A stretch of 64,000 bases of DNA, from positions 42,075 through 106,074 of the IMG/VR virus record IMGVR_UViG_3300042892_000474. One strand, written 5' to 3'. Every line of letters starts with the position of its first letter. Positions within the stretch are counted from its first letter, which is position 1. The notes below the pieces were generated by a model, which was not told the origin of the DNA, did no database searches, and saw only the letters and a list, made by a program, of their open reading frames with translations. Both the position numbers and the translations under genes were made by a program. This document shows positions 28,770 to 39,127 of the stretch, one piece after another. This DNA is from a virus.

Positions 28770-29565
28770 AGGTTTTGTAATCATTGCCCAGGATGGCGGC
28801 TCATTAGAGACATATCAGAAATGTGCCGATGCATTAGCTAAAAGCATCAAGCGTACTATGCCCGACGCTAAAGTATCCATTATTACTGACAATAAAATAA
28901 AAAACAAATCTTTGTATGATAAAGTTATACCCTTGCCCTACGGAGATCAAGCACCCAAAAGTTATTGGAAATTGAACAATGATTGGCAGGTGTATGATGC
29001 TAGTCCATATGAATACACTATAAAACTAGAAGCAGATATATATCTTCCCAGTTCAATAGACTATTGGTGGGATGCATTGAAGCATAGAGATTTAGTGATA
29101 TCTACTAACATTAGAGACTTTAAACAGGAATTATCCCCGTCCAGAGTATACCGCAGATTCATTGATGATAACAAATTGCCTGATACTTACAACGCAATCA
29201 CTTATTTTAAAAAGTCTGACACGGCAAAGAACTTTTTTGAAGTAGTTAGACACCTATTTGAAAACTGGGCTGAGTTCAGAGCTACATTAAAATGTAGTCC
29301 GTATGAAGAAGCTACTACTGATTGGGTATATGCTTTGGCAGCGCACATTGTAGGGGTCGAGAATTGTACACTACCTGATTTTAAAGAAATGAGTATGGTG
29401 CATATGAAAAGGTTAATAAATAACTTACCTACCGAAGACTGGACTGACGCACTAGTTTATGAAATATTGCCACATACATTGCGCATCAATTCATGTCCAC
29501 AGCTTTACCCGTTTCACTATCATGTGAAGACGTTTTCTACTAAAATACTAAAAGCCTATGACTGA
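28762..29565 (+). CDS. GT-A fold glycosyltransferase, paralog of the preceding gene
   Basis: SPYEYTIKLEAD (ExD variant), ITYFKKS, C-terminal HYH. Confidence 0.7.
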   Translation: MDKGFVIIAQDGGSLETYQKCADALAKSIKRTMPDAKVSIITDNKIKNKSLYDKVIPLPYGDQAPKSYWKLNNDWQVYDASPYEYTIKLEADIYLPSSIDYWWDALKHRDLVISTNIRDFKQELSPSRVYRRFIDDNKLPDTYNAITYFKKSDTAKNFFEVVRHLFENWAEFRATLKCSPYEEATTDWVYALAAHIVGVENCTLPDFKEMSMVHMKRLINNLPTEDWTDALVYEILPHTLRINSCPQLYPFHYHVKTFSTKILKAYD

Positions 29566-29914
29566 AACTACACAAGATGATGATATTCTAATTCTTTGGG
29601 AGGCTCCTGTAATACAGGCTCCTGAGTTTCGTTTGTATTATGACGAAGCTACCGGTAAAGTTATTTGCTACACATGCGAAAAACTTGAAGGTAAGTATCT
29701 AGTAATCGATGCTATTACGTATGCACAAGCAAGACCGGACCTTCGAATTATCGACGGGCGTATATCTACTGCTAGTAATCATGCAATTGTATCTAAGTTA
29801 ATGCCACATCTTACCCAAGGTCAACTATGTGAAGCAGAGGACATCAGTATAGTAGTTTCATCAGAAGGCGACAACATTAATAGATGGAAACTAAACACAT
29901 ATGAGCTTAAATAA
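29558..29914 (+). CDS. Hypothetical protein (118 aa)
   Basis: Overlaps both neighbours; FRLYYDEATGKVI start resembles small tail-associated proteins. Confidence 0.6.
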   Translation: MTETTQDDDILILWEAPVIQAPEFRLYYDEATGKVICYTCEKLEGKYLVIDAITYAQARPDLRIIDGRISTASNHAIVSKLMPHLTQGQLCEAEDISIVVSSEGDNINRWKLNTYELK

Positions 29915-30854
29915 TATAGTTGATGTAGCCGATTTGGACTGCATCTACCTAAGCTATGACGAGCCACAAAAAGAAGAATTTTGGCTAAAAATTAAAAACA
30001 TGGTTCCTTGGGCAAAGCGGGTAGACGGAATCAAGGGTTCAGATGCGGCACACAAAGCTGCCGGCGCCGCATCAGACACTGAGCGGTTCATATTGATTGA
30101 CGGGGACAATATGCCCGATGAATCATTCTTCAATATGCAACTAGACTTTACAGGCAGAGATCCATCATACACCAAAGCACAATTTCGTTGGAAGGCAGTT
30201 AATGCTATCAACGGATTGCGTTATGGTAATGGTGGCATGAGTTCTTGGACAAAGACTTATGTTGCTAACATGAAGACACATGAAAATCAAAAAGACGGAG
30301 ATGCGGCTCGTATTGCTGACTTCTGTTTAGATAGCAAAGATAACTTGTATTGGGCAATGTATGATTGTTACAGCACAACATACCCCAATCATACTCCGTT
30401 TCAAGCTTGGAGAGCAGGCTTTAGAGAAGGAGTCAAGATGTGTCTTAACAAAGGTGAAGTTCCTTCAGTAGATGAGTTTAAAGAAACAGTTGCTAGTCGC
30501 AATTTGAACAACTTGACTATTTGGCAGAACGTAGGTGCGGATGTAGAGAACGGCATGTGGGCTATCTACGGTGCTAGACTCGGTACATACATGACTCTCT
30601 TAACTGATTGGGACGCACATAATGTTCAATGGTTTGACAATTACACGGTGTTATGGGAAGAACATATTAACCGAGATCCTGAACGTGAAGCAACATTGTT
30701 AGGCGCGGCATTACATGACAAGTTAGGTTTGCCAATGTGTACGCTAGGTAAAGAACAAAGTAAGTTCTTTAAGCGTCATTATCAAACAGACTATCATAAT
30801 CAAGGCCCGTTAGTCACTGAGATGGAAGTTATTCGAAAAATTGAAGGATGGTAA
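29901..30854 (+). CDS. GT-A (GT2-like) glycosyltransferase
   Basis: DCIYLSYDEP, TERFILIDGD (DxD), NGLRYGNGG, AWRAGFREGVK. Confidence 0.7.
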   Translation: MSLNNIVDVADLDCIYLSYDEPQKEEFWLKIKNMVPWAKRVDGIKGSDAAHKAAGAASDTERFILIDGDNMPDESFFNMQLDFTGRDPSYTKAQFRWKAVNAINGLRYGNGGMSSWTKTYVANMKTHENQKDGDAARIADFCLDSKDNLYWAMYDCYSTTYPNHTPFQAWRAGFREGVKMCLNKGEVPSVDEFKETVASRNLNNLTIWQNVGADVENGMWAIYGARLGTYMTLLTDWDAHNVQWFDNYTVLWEEHINRDPEREATLLGAALHDKLGLPMCTLGKEQSKFFKRHYQTDYHNQGPLVTEMEVIRKIEGW

Positions 30855-32263
30855 TGAGCGAAAGTCATGAACAAAAAAGAATCAAAGACATTAGGATCAA
30901 GATCGAAAACGAAACTGGTCCTACTTTTTGCCTTGCTAAATGGCATCATGTAACAATGTATTTGCAATCAGGAGAGACTCATAGTTGTTACCATCCTCAA
31001 CCTCATAAGATTCCTTTAGAAGAATTATATGATAACCCTTCTGCATTACATAACACACAGCAGAAGAAAGAAGAACGTAAACTAATGCTTGATGGTGGTA
31101 AGCCCACTGGATGCCAGTATTGCTGGAACATTGAAGCTATGGGTCCTGATTACATCAGTGACCGTCACATTCGTAACGCAAGTATCTTTACCGAAGAACG
31201 ATATGAACAAACCGCAAAGGGTCCGTGGAATCAAAACATCAACCCCGAGTACATCGAAATCAACTTTGGTAACGAATGTAACTTCAAGTGTGGCTACTGT
31301 CATCCTAAGTATAGTACAAGCTTCTACAAAGAGATTGAGCAGAATGGTCCTGTCACTAATGTGAAGAATCACCGTTGTGATATTGACTGGATGCGATTGT
31401 ATCAACGTGAAGATGACAATCCATACGTTGATGCGTTTTGGGAGTGGTGGCCAGAGATGCGTAAGACATTGAATATCATGCGTGTAACTGGTGGCGAACC
31501 TACACTACATAAGAGCACATGGACATTGCTTGAAAAGATTGAAGAAGATCCTATGCCCTGGTTAGAGTTGAACATCAACAGCAACTTGGGTACTAAGCCT
31601 ATTCTTATCGAGCGTTTATCAGACAAAGTTAAAAAACTTACAGGTGAAGGTAAGATTAAAAACTTTAAGTTGTTCACTAGTTTAGATACTTGGGGTGAAC
31701 GTGCTGAATACATTCGTACTGGATTAGATTTAGAGTTGTGGGAAAAGAATTTTCACACGTATCTAACTCGCACAGACAGTCCGATCACATTCATGATTAC
31801 ATTCAATATCTTTAGTGTAACTACATTTAAAAGTTTCTTAGAGAAGTTTATTGAATGGCGCAAGATATATGGATGGTATGACGATCCTATAAACCCACAA
31901 CATCGTGTGCGTTTTGATACACCTTATCTACGTGATCCTATTCAATACGATATGAACATTCTTCCTAAAGAAGAATTCATGCCTTACATGTACGAAGCAC
32001 TGAAATACATGGAAGAAAATACTGACGATAAACGCAGTGATGCTTTTAGTAGCATTGAGTACGAAAAATTTAAGCGTGTAGTTGACTACATGGCCGAGAC
32101 TGTTTATCCTGAAGAAAAGCTAATTGAAGGACGTAGAGATTTCTATAATTGGTTCAACGAATTAGATGAACGTAGAGAAGCAGATATGTTATCTGTATTT
32201 CCAGAAATGCTAAGTTTTTACAGACTATGCCAAGAGACAAATCAACTGAATCCATTTAAATGA
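30848..32263 (+). CDS. Radical SAM enzyme with N-terminal twitch/SPASM-like domain
   Basis: CNFKCGYC and TGGEP; N-terminal FCLAKW...SCYH...CQYC. Start may be the ATG at 30854. Confidence 0.85.
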   Translation: MVMSESHEQKRIKDIRIKIENETGPTFCLAKWHHVTMYLQSGETHSCYHPQPHKIPLEELYDNPSALHNTQQKKEERKLMLDGGKPTGCQYCWNIEAMGPDYISDRHIRNASIFTEERYEQTAKGPWNQNINPEYIEINFGNECNFKCGYCHPKYSTSFYKEIEQNGPVTNVKNHRCDIDWMRLYQREDDNPYVDAFWEWWPEMRKTLNIMRVTGGEPTLHKSTWTLLEKIEEDPMPWLELNINSNLGTKPILIERLSDKVKKLTGEGKIKNFKLFTSLDTWGERAEYIRTGLDLELWEKNFHTYLTRTDSPITFMITFNIFSVTTFKSFLEKFIEWRKIYGWYDDPINPQHRVRFDTPYLRDPIQYDMNILPKEEFMPYMYEALKYMEENTDDKRSDAFSSIEYEKFKRVVDYMAETVYPEEKLIEGRRDFYNWFNELDERREADMLSVFPEMLSFYRLCQETNQLNPFK

Positions 32264-33489
32264 ACAAAGACTATTTACTAAACGACAGCAAAACATTTTG
32301 TATGTTTCCTTGGATTCATTTAAACGTGACTCCCAAAGGAGACATATATCCTTGCTGTTCAAACGACTATACAAAGCCCTTTGGTAACACTAAAGAAGTT
32401 ACTTTACACAAAGCATTCAACAGCCCTAAGATGAAAGAACTTAGATTGGATATGTTGAATGAGCGTAAGAATGAAATCTGCAAGTTCTGTTATCAGCATG
32501 AAGAAGCAGGACCACACAGTTTCCGTAACTATAGCAAAGAACACTTTGGTAAGTATTATGACGAAGTTGTGCCCACTACCCAAGAAGATGGAACAGTAGA
32601 CGAGTTTAAGATGCGTTACTTTGATATCAGATTCAGTAACATTTGTAACTTCAAATGTCGTACATGTGGTTCAGAGTTTTCTAGTCAGTGGGGCCTAGAG
32701 ATGAACAAGAATTACGATAAGGATCACCCGATTGTTATTCACGTAGACGATGGTAAGGGTAAAGTACTAGAAGAAGTATTGGATCAAGTAGAACACATAG
32801 ACCTAGCATACTTTGCGGGTGGAGAGCCCTTGATTACCGAAGAACATTATGTTATACTAGAAGAAATGATTCGTAAAGGCCGCACTGATGTAGTATTAAG
32901 ATATAACACCAATGCTAGTAATATCAAGTACAAGAACCATGATGTACTTGATCTTTGGAAACACTTTAAGAAGGTTGAGTTGAGTTGTTCAATTGACCAT
33001 TACGGCGAACGTGCTGAATTACTACGTTCAGGTACTGATTGGGGTAAAGTAGAAAGCAATCTATTAACCTTTAGAGATTTGGACTATGTTAGTTTTCAAA
33101 TGAATACTGTATTTTCTATTTTTAATTACTTGACGATTGGTGAGTTCTATCAATACTTGAAAGATAAGAATATTATCCGTAGAGAAGATTGGTATCATAG
33201 TTTATATCTTGCAGTTCATCCTATGTATTACAGTGCAAAAAGTTTACCAAAATCATTGAAGCCATTAGCACAGGAAAAAGCATTGAAATGGGCAGAAGCT
33301 AACGATAACGACGGCACTAGCTTGTCAAGATTAGTTCGTGATGCTGTAAATTTTGCTAATGAGAGTGATACTTGGAGTGACGTTAAGACTCAGTTCTTAG
33401 GACATACTAAATCGCTTGACAGAATACGTGAGGAAAGTTTCTGGAAAACATTCCCCGAGTTAAATAAATTATCTGAATTATTGGAGTAA
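32260..33489 (+). CDS. Radical SAM enzyme with N-terminal twitch/SPASM-like domain
   Basis: CNFKCRTC and AGGEP; N-terminal FCMFPW...PCC...CKFC. Confidence 0.88.
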   Translation: MNKDYLLNDSKTFCMFPWIHLNVTPKGDIYPCCSNDYTKPFGNTKEVTLHKAFNSPKMKELRLDMLNERKNEICKFCYQHEEAGPHSFRNYSKEHFGKYYDEVVPTTQEDGTVDEFKMRYFDIRFSNICNFKCRTCGSEFSSQWGLEMNKNYDKDHPIVIHVDDGKGKVLEEVLDQVEHIDLAYFAGGEPLITEEHYVILEEMIRKGRTDVVLRYNTNASNIKYKNHDVLDLWKHFKKVELSCSIDHYGERAELLRSGTDWGKVESNLLTFRDLDYVSFQMNTVFSIFNYLTIGEFYQYLKDKNIIRREDWYHSLYLAVHPMYYSAKSLPKSLKPLAQEKALKWAEANDNDGTSLSRLVRDAVNFANESDTWSDVKTQFLGHTKSLDRIREESFWKTFPELNKLSELLE

Positions 33490-33492
33490 TCA

Positions 33493-34764
33493 ATGGATAA
33501 CGTAACAGTAGAGAACCTGGTTAAGCACGGAAAACATTTCTGTGTATTGCCCTGGGTTCATTTTCACAGTTGGCCTGACGGTCGAGTAATGCCTTGCTGT
33601 ATTGCAGATAGCAATATGCCTGTTGCAGACTTAAAAGATGGTGAATCAATCATCAACATGATGAATAGTAGTGATTATAAGAAATTGCGCACTGCTATGA
33701 TGAATGATGAACCGGTCGAAGCATGTAAGCGTTGCTATGACTTAGAACTAATGGGTACTTGGACAATGCGCCAGTCTCATAATAAGCGCAAGGGCCTAGA
33801 GTACGTAAACTACATTGCAGAAAATACAATGGAAGACGGAAGCCTCATTGACTTTGAAATGAAGTACATGGACTTGCGTTTTAGTAGTATCTGTAATATG
33901 AAGTGCAGAAGCTGTGGTCCAGGATGTTCAAGTCAATGGGCACAAGAGTTTGTCGACCGTGTTGGTATGGACAACTATGAGAAATACTTCAAGACCACTA
34001 AGATTGTTATTAACTCAGCAGAAGAAATGGGATTCATGGCTAAACTTAAGCCATATCTCAAAGATGTAACAGAAGTCTATTTTGCAGGTGGCGAGATTAT
34101 CATTACTCCTGAGCACTATGAATGCTTAGACTATTGGATTGAAAACGGATTAACGGATCAAGTTGAATTGACATATACTACAAACTTTAGTAGCTTGAAG
34201 TATAAAAAAGACATTGACTTGATTGCGTATTGGAAGAAATTCCCTAAACTGAAAATTTGGGCATCACTTGACGCACATGGTGATGTAGCTGAATGTATCA
34301 GAAAGGGTACAGATTGGGATCGTATTGTTAGTAATATCAAGTTAGTAAAAGAGCAAGTACCGCATGCTGAATTTCAGATTACTCCAACCATCAGTATTTG
34401 GAATGTGTTTACTTTCCCTGACTTCTTTGATTATATGATCAATGAAGGGTTTATTGATACTAAATCTAGCCCACGCTTTAATTTAGCTACCAACCCCTGG
34501 TATGCTAACATTATGATCCTACCCGCTAGTGTAAAGCGAAGACTCGCTGAATTGTACCGTGTCTATCAGAATCGTTACAAAGATAACATTGATATCTACA
34601 ATGGATTTAAAATGATTATCTATAACTTGACTGTGGGCGATGAGAACAAGGGTGGCATTCAAGAGTTTATCAAGTTCAATGAAGAACTAGATGACTTTAG
34701 GGATGAAAAATTGGAAGAAGTTATTCCAGAACTAAAAGAGGTATTCGATTGGGCAAGAAGCTAA
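33493..34764 (+). CDS. Radical SAM enzyme with N-terminal twitch/SPASM-like domain
   Basis: CNMKCRSC and AGGE; N-terminal FCVLPW...PCC...CKRC. Confidence 0.88.
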   Translation: MDNVTVENLVKHGKHFCVLPWVHFHSWPDGRVMPCCIADSNMPVADLKDGESIINMMNSSDYKKLRTAMMNDEPVEACKRCYDLELMGTWTMRQSHNKRKGLEYVNYIAENTMEDGSLIDFEMKYMDLRFSSICNMKCRSCGPGCSSQWAQEFVDRVGMDNYEKYFKTTKIVINSAEEMGFMAKLKPYLKDVTEVYFAGGEIIITPEHYECLDYWIENGLTDQVELTYTTNFSSLKYKKDIDLIAYWKKFPKLKIWASLDAHGDVAECIRKGTDWDRIVSNIKLVKEQVPHAEFQITPTISIWNVFTFPDFFDYMINEGFIDTKSSPRFNLATNPWYANIMILPASVKRRLAELYRVYQNRYKDNIDIYNGFKMIIYNLTVGDENKGGIQEFIKFNEELDDFRDEKLEEVIPELKEVFDWARS

Positions 34765-35741
34765 TAGCGATTGAGGCTCCCCAGCCCTATCTCGCAATAA
34801 CATGGCAAGTAAACAATTTCTGCAACTATAAGTGCAGTTATTGTAACCCTGGCAACTGGGGAGGCACTGACCGTAACGAAGGTAACTTAGACATATACCT
34901 AAATAACTTAGAAACGATTATCAATCGCTACAAGTCAGCAGGGTATAAGAACTTTAAGTTCTTCTTCAGCGGTGGAGAACCTACAGCTTGGAAGAACTTT
35001 ATTCCTATCTGTGAATGGATTTACGAAAAGTTACCTCGTGCTACTCTTGCAGTTAACACTAACTTGAGTCGTCCACTAGAGTGGTGGAAGAAACACTATC
35101 ATCTATTTGACGATGTAGTGGGTAGCTTTCACATTGAATTCGCAGACAAACAGCGATATGAAGAAAACTCTATGTTCTTATGTGACAAGGTCAACTACCT
35201 TTCTACTAAGATGTTAATGCACGAAGAAAGATTCTGGGAAGTAGTTGACTATGGAAACTATCTTAAGACAGTAATGCCTAATTACTTCTTAGAGTGGACA
35301 CCGTTGTTTGATGAAATGTCAGTAAACACAGGCCCTTGGCACTACAAAGATCCTGCTAAAGAAGCATGGTTACGTGAGCATACAACGGAGATTCAACAAA
35401 CTAAACGTAAGCCGATGAAACGCACTACGTTGACAGTTAGTTATAACAAGTATGAAGATAATTCTACTGAAGTGTGTAACAGCAACGAAGTTATTGTAGC
35501 AGGAAACAACTTCTTTAACGGTTGGAGTTGCAACGTGGGTGATTGTATCTTTATCAATCCCGTAGGCGAGATGAGCCTAGCAAGTTGCGGCATGGGTGGT
35601 TACGTGGGTCATATATTAGATGATATTAATCGTGTAGGCCCAAAACAAATCATATGTGAGAAAGAACACTGTCATTGCGGAACAGATATTATTATTCCTA
35701 AATTTGATGGCGAATGGTTAGAAAAAAATGCAGTTAAATGA
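34749..35741 (+). CDS. Radical SAM enzyme with C-terminal Cys-rich (twitch-like) extension
   Basis: CNYKCSYC and SGGEP; C-terminal C...SC...CEKEHCHC; TTG start with AGAGG upstream. Confidence 0.85.
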   Translation: MGKKLIAIEAPQPYLAITWQVNNFCNYKCSYCNPGNWGGTDRNEGNLDIYLNNLETIINRYKSAGYKNFKFFFSGGEPTAWKNFIPICEWIYEKLPRATLAVNTNLSRPLEWWKKHYHLFDDVVGSFHIEFADKQRYEENSMFLCDKVNYLSTKMLMHEERFWEVVDYGNYLKTVMPNYFLEWTPLFDEMSVNTGPWHYKDPAKEAWLREHTTEIQQTKRKPMKRTTLTVSYNKYEDNSTEVCNSNEVIVAGNNFFNGWSCNVGDCIFINPVGEMSLASCGMGGYVGHILDDINRVGPKQIICEKEHCHCGTDIIIPKFDGEWLEKNAVK

Positions 35742-37068
35742 AAATGATCCGTTAAAAATTGTTTACAGCTGGATTGGACCAAGAGGTCCAATGGTGAACA
35801 CAGAGTTGCCTAACATTATGAGTTACGCTAGTGTGGGTGAAAGCACCGACGCACATGGTAGTAATTTCTTTTGGGCAGATGATATATATTGGCGAGTGTT
35901 TATGCACAACGGTAATCACCCGTTATCTTCTACATTTGGCTTAGAAGAACATGATCCGTTTATATACCCATATACATTAGCTTGGCGTATACAGTTTCAG
36001 AACTATTTCTTGAATGGTGGTGGTTTGTTAGAGTTCAGTCATACTCCTAATCACATAACACATCAAGTCAGAGATCGTAATGGCTTCTTCTTAATTGACT
36101 ATGCACCCGAAGCATGGGTACAAGATGGACAATTACGTGCAATGCATGCCTACTTCGGACATTACAATAGAATTCCAATGGGCAAGGTCATATACATTAC
36201 TGGTTGTATGAACGCAGAACAATTATACAACAACTGGTGTGATCGAAATGGAATCCCCGATGATCCAATGCATCGTATGATAATGATACCTTTCCCTATA
36301 TCACAACATGCATTATCATTACAGTTACAGAACACTCCGGAACCAGTGTACGACACTGACACTGTGCCTGAAAAAGTATTCTTATGCTGGAATCGTAGAT
36401 TTAGACCTCACCGTACACATCTTGCACTAGCATTAGACAAAGCCGGCATCGTTGACCGTAGCTATTATAGCATGAACTTGACTGACCCTGAGATGAACAG
36501 TGTTCATTTTAAGACTACAGTTGACTTATATTCAAACCCTATGCTACAAATAGGTAACAAAGATGTTGAAAACTTCATGGCTAAGTTACCGTTAGTAATT
36601 GACGGAGAGACAGAGATACAAAGAATGTGCGGTGACTTTGATGCAGCCGCTAGACCTTTTTATCAGAACAGCTTAGTTAGTATCATAACTGAAACAAATT
36701 TTGATTGGACTGAACTAACTGCTACAGAAAAGACATGGAAGCCTGCAAAAGAAAAACATCCATTCATTATGGTAGGAACTGCAGGTGCATTGCGTACATT
36801 ACGTGAGTTTGGATTTCAAACGTTTGATGACTTCTGGGATGAATCATATGACGAAATCGAAGATCCTAAGCGTAGACTGTTTGAGATTGTGAAAGTTTGT
36901 AAAGAAATTGCTAGCTGGACACCAGAGCAAATACTAGACTTTAAGCGTAAGGTAAAGCCTATAGTAGATCATAACTTTAAGATATTGACTACTAACACTT
37001 CTAAAACGGTAGCAGATAAGATACGTGTAGAAGCCTCTAAACGCTTAAGAGAAGAACCTAAGGATTAA
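35728..37068 (+). CDS. Putative GT-B glycosyltransferase (GT10-like ET...TEK domain), copy 1
   Basis: FLCWNRRFRPHR...SIITET...ATEKTWKP...HPFIMVG...GFQTF...DESYD. Confidence 0.6.
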   Translation: MQLNENDPLKIVYSWIGPRGPMVNTELPNIMSYASVGESTDAHGSNFFWADDIYWRVFMHNGNHPLSSTFGLEEHDPFIYPYTLAWRIQFQNYFLNGGGLLEFSHTPNHITHQVRDRNGFFLIDYAPEAWVQDGQLRAMHAYFGHYNRIPMGKVIYITGCMNAEQLYNNWCDRNGIPDDPMHRMIMIPFPISQHALSLQLQNTPEPVYDTDTVPEKVFLCWNRRFRPHRTHLALALDKAGIVDRSYYSMNLTDPEMNSVHFKTTVDLYSNPMLQIGNKDVENFMAKLPLVIDGETEIQRMCGDFDAAARPFYQNSLVSIITETNFDWTELTATEKTWKPAKEKHPFIMVGTAGALRTLREFGFQTFDDFWDESYDEIEDPKRRLFEIVKVCKEIASWTPEQILDFKRKVKPIVDHNFKILTTNTSKTVADKIRVEASKRLREEPKD

Positions 37069-37069
37069 T

Positions 37070-38050
37070 ATGAAAAAGATTTTAGTATGTGGAGCGGGTG
37101 GATTTATAGGCTCTCACTTAGTAGAGAGATTAAAGAAAGCTGGTCACTACGTAGTAGGTGTGGACTTAAAAGAACCCTTATACAGTAAGTCGCAGGCTGA
37201 TGAATTCTATGTGGTAGATTTAAGAGATCAACAGAATGTAGAGAGCTTATTTCATACAATTAGTTACGATGAAATATATCAATTAGCTGCCGACATGGGC
37301 GGCGCCGGCTACATCTTTACCGGCGAACACGATGCTGATATCATGCATAACAGTGTAATGATTAATTTAAACATATTAGATAATGTTCGTAGAAAGAATA
37401 AAAACGCTAAAATATTCTATAGTTCAAGCGCATGTATGTACCCAGAGCACAATCAACTAGACCCTGACAACCCAGTGTTGTCAGAATCAAGCGCATACCC
37501 TGCAAACCCTGACAGTGAGTACGGTTGGGAAAAGTTATTCAGTGAGCGATTGTATTTGACGTATGCTAAGAACTATGGCATAGAAGTACGTATTGCACGT
37601 TTTCACAATGTATTTGGTCCCTACGGATCTTGGAATAATGGCAAAGAGAAAGCACCTGCGGCTCTTTGCAGAAAAGTAGCAACTGTCGAGCCTGGCGGAA
37701 CAATAGAGATATGGGGTCCGGGCACTCAAACTCGTAGCTTTTTATTCATTGATGAATGTTTAGATGGCATACAGCGTTTGATGGAAAGTGATTTTTCAGA
37801 GCCAGTCAACTTAGGTAGCTCTCGAATGATATCAATTAACAATCTAGTCTATCTAATAGCCGATCTTGTTGGTAAAAAAGTTCATATTAAAAATATACCC
37901 GGGCCAATGGGAGTTATGGGTCGTACTAGTGATAACACATTGATACGTGAAAAATTAAATTGGGCTCCTACAGAATCGTTAGAAGTAGGTATACATAAAA
38001 CATATAAATGGATTGTTGAACAGATAGAATGCGGAACCGATGATAAATGA
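37070..38050 (+). CDS. NAD-dependent epimerase, GDP-mannose 3,5-epimerase-like
   Basis: GAGGFIG, LAADMGG, SSSACMYP, YGWEK, KEKAPAALCRK are hallmark GME motifs. Confidence 0.88.
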   Translation: MKKILVCGAGGFIGSHLVERLKKAGHYVVGVDLKEPLYSKSQADEFYVVDLRDQQNVESLFHTISYDEIYQLAADMGGAGYIFTGEHDADIMHNSVMINLNILDNVRRKNKNAKIFYSSSACMYPEHNQLDPDNPVLSESSAYPANPDSEYGWEKLFSERLYLTYAKNYGIEVRIARFHNVFGPYGSWNNGKEKAPAALCRKVATVEPGGTIEIWGPGTQTRSFLFIDECLDGIQRLMESDFSEPVNLGSSRMISINNLVYLIADLVGKKVHIKNIPGPMGVMGRTSDNTLIREKLNWAPTESLEVGIHKTYKWIVEQIECGTDDK

Positions 38051-39126
38051 CCCGCGTATATGTGTTACAAGTATTCCCTGAGACGGGAGTTGAATGGTAT
38101 ACTGATATCATTAAGGATATAAAATTAAAAAATCCTGATTATATTACCGTAATATCATTGGGCGAAATTAATGTAGAACTAATTTTTGATAATTTGTTCA
38201 ACCTAATCGAAAATTGGCTCATAGAAAATAAGAAATACATGTACGTATTGTGGGCCGGCCCCGACAAAGAGATAAGACCCTATATACACGGGGTCAATAC
38301 GTTAGGCAGTGCATATGGTAATTTAGCATGTGTTGAGGGCACTATAATTGATTACGGTGACGTAAACGTGTTTGAAACAAGCAATAAGCTATTCACTTCA
38401 TATAACAACAATCCAAAGTATGAACGTAAATTGTTTGTAGATTTACTAGTAAACAATGACTTAATCAATGATGGTATCGTCACATACAGATATCCAGACT
38501 TGCGCACTAATCCTATGTACGATTGGAAGTATCATGATGGTTCAGTATTGTCAGACGAACCTGATTTTCAATTAAACTCTAATCAAACTTTCAGTGCTGG
38601 ACGTCTACCAAAAAGCTATTTCACTGGCTTTATTGATATAGTAGCAGAAACTGACTATAGAAATGATTTCTTTGTGCCCACTGAAAAAACGGCTAAACCC
38701 TGGGGCGCATTAAAGCCTTACTTAGTGATATCTAGTATGAATTATCATAAGTGGTTGTATTCAGAATACGGTATCGAAATGTATGACGAATTGTTTGACT
38801 ACAACTTTGACAGTATGCTCACTGTCGAGGAACGCATACAGGGCATAATAGACAACTTGCTAAGATTAAAAGCACTATTTAATAGTGATCCAAGTGCAAA
38901 GTTTAAGATGTATGAACAAATTAAATCAAAATTAAAACACAATAGGAACATGGCTTTGCAGATGTTTAAAACATTACAAGACAAAGATAAATTAATTCCA
39001 GAGTGTTTAAAATTCATAACTACAGAAAATGATTATGAATTATTAGGAGAAGTGTATAATAACAAGGGTCATTTGCATTTCATCACTAATAAAGAATGGC
39101 ATTTACGCCCAAGATTAGGTATATAA
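38047..39126 (+). CDS. Putative GT10-like glycosyltransferase, copy 2
   Basis: FIDIVAET...PTEKTAKP...KPYL...YDELFDYNFD. Confidence 0.58.
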   Translation: MTRVYVLQVFPETGVEWYTDIIKDIKLKNPDYITVISLGEINVELIFDNLFNLIENWLIENKKYMYVLWAGPDKEIRPYIHGVNTLGSAYGNLACVEGTIIDYGDVNVFETSNKLFTSYNNNPKYERKLFVDLLVNNDLINDGIVTYRYPDLRTNPMYDWKYHDGSVLSDEPDFQLNSNQTFSAGRLPKSYFTGFIDIVAETDYRNDFFVPTEKTAKPWGALKPYLVISSMNYHKWLYSEYGIEMYDELFDYNFDSMLTVEERIQGIIDNLLRLKALFNSDPSAKFKMYEQIKSKLKHNRNMALQMFKTLQDKDKLIPECLKFITTENDYELLGEVYNNKGHLHFITNKEWHLRPRLGI

Positions 39127-39127
39127 C

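Noticed and set aside
34749-35741. QueE of a 7-deazaguanine DNA-modification pathway
   Set aside because: No queC, queD, folE or dpdA in the window, and the C-terminal Cys cluster is not typical of QueE.
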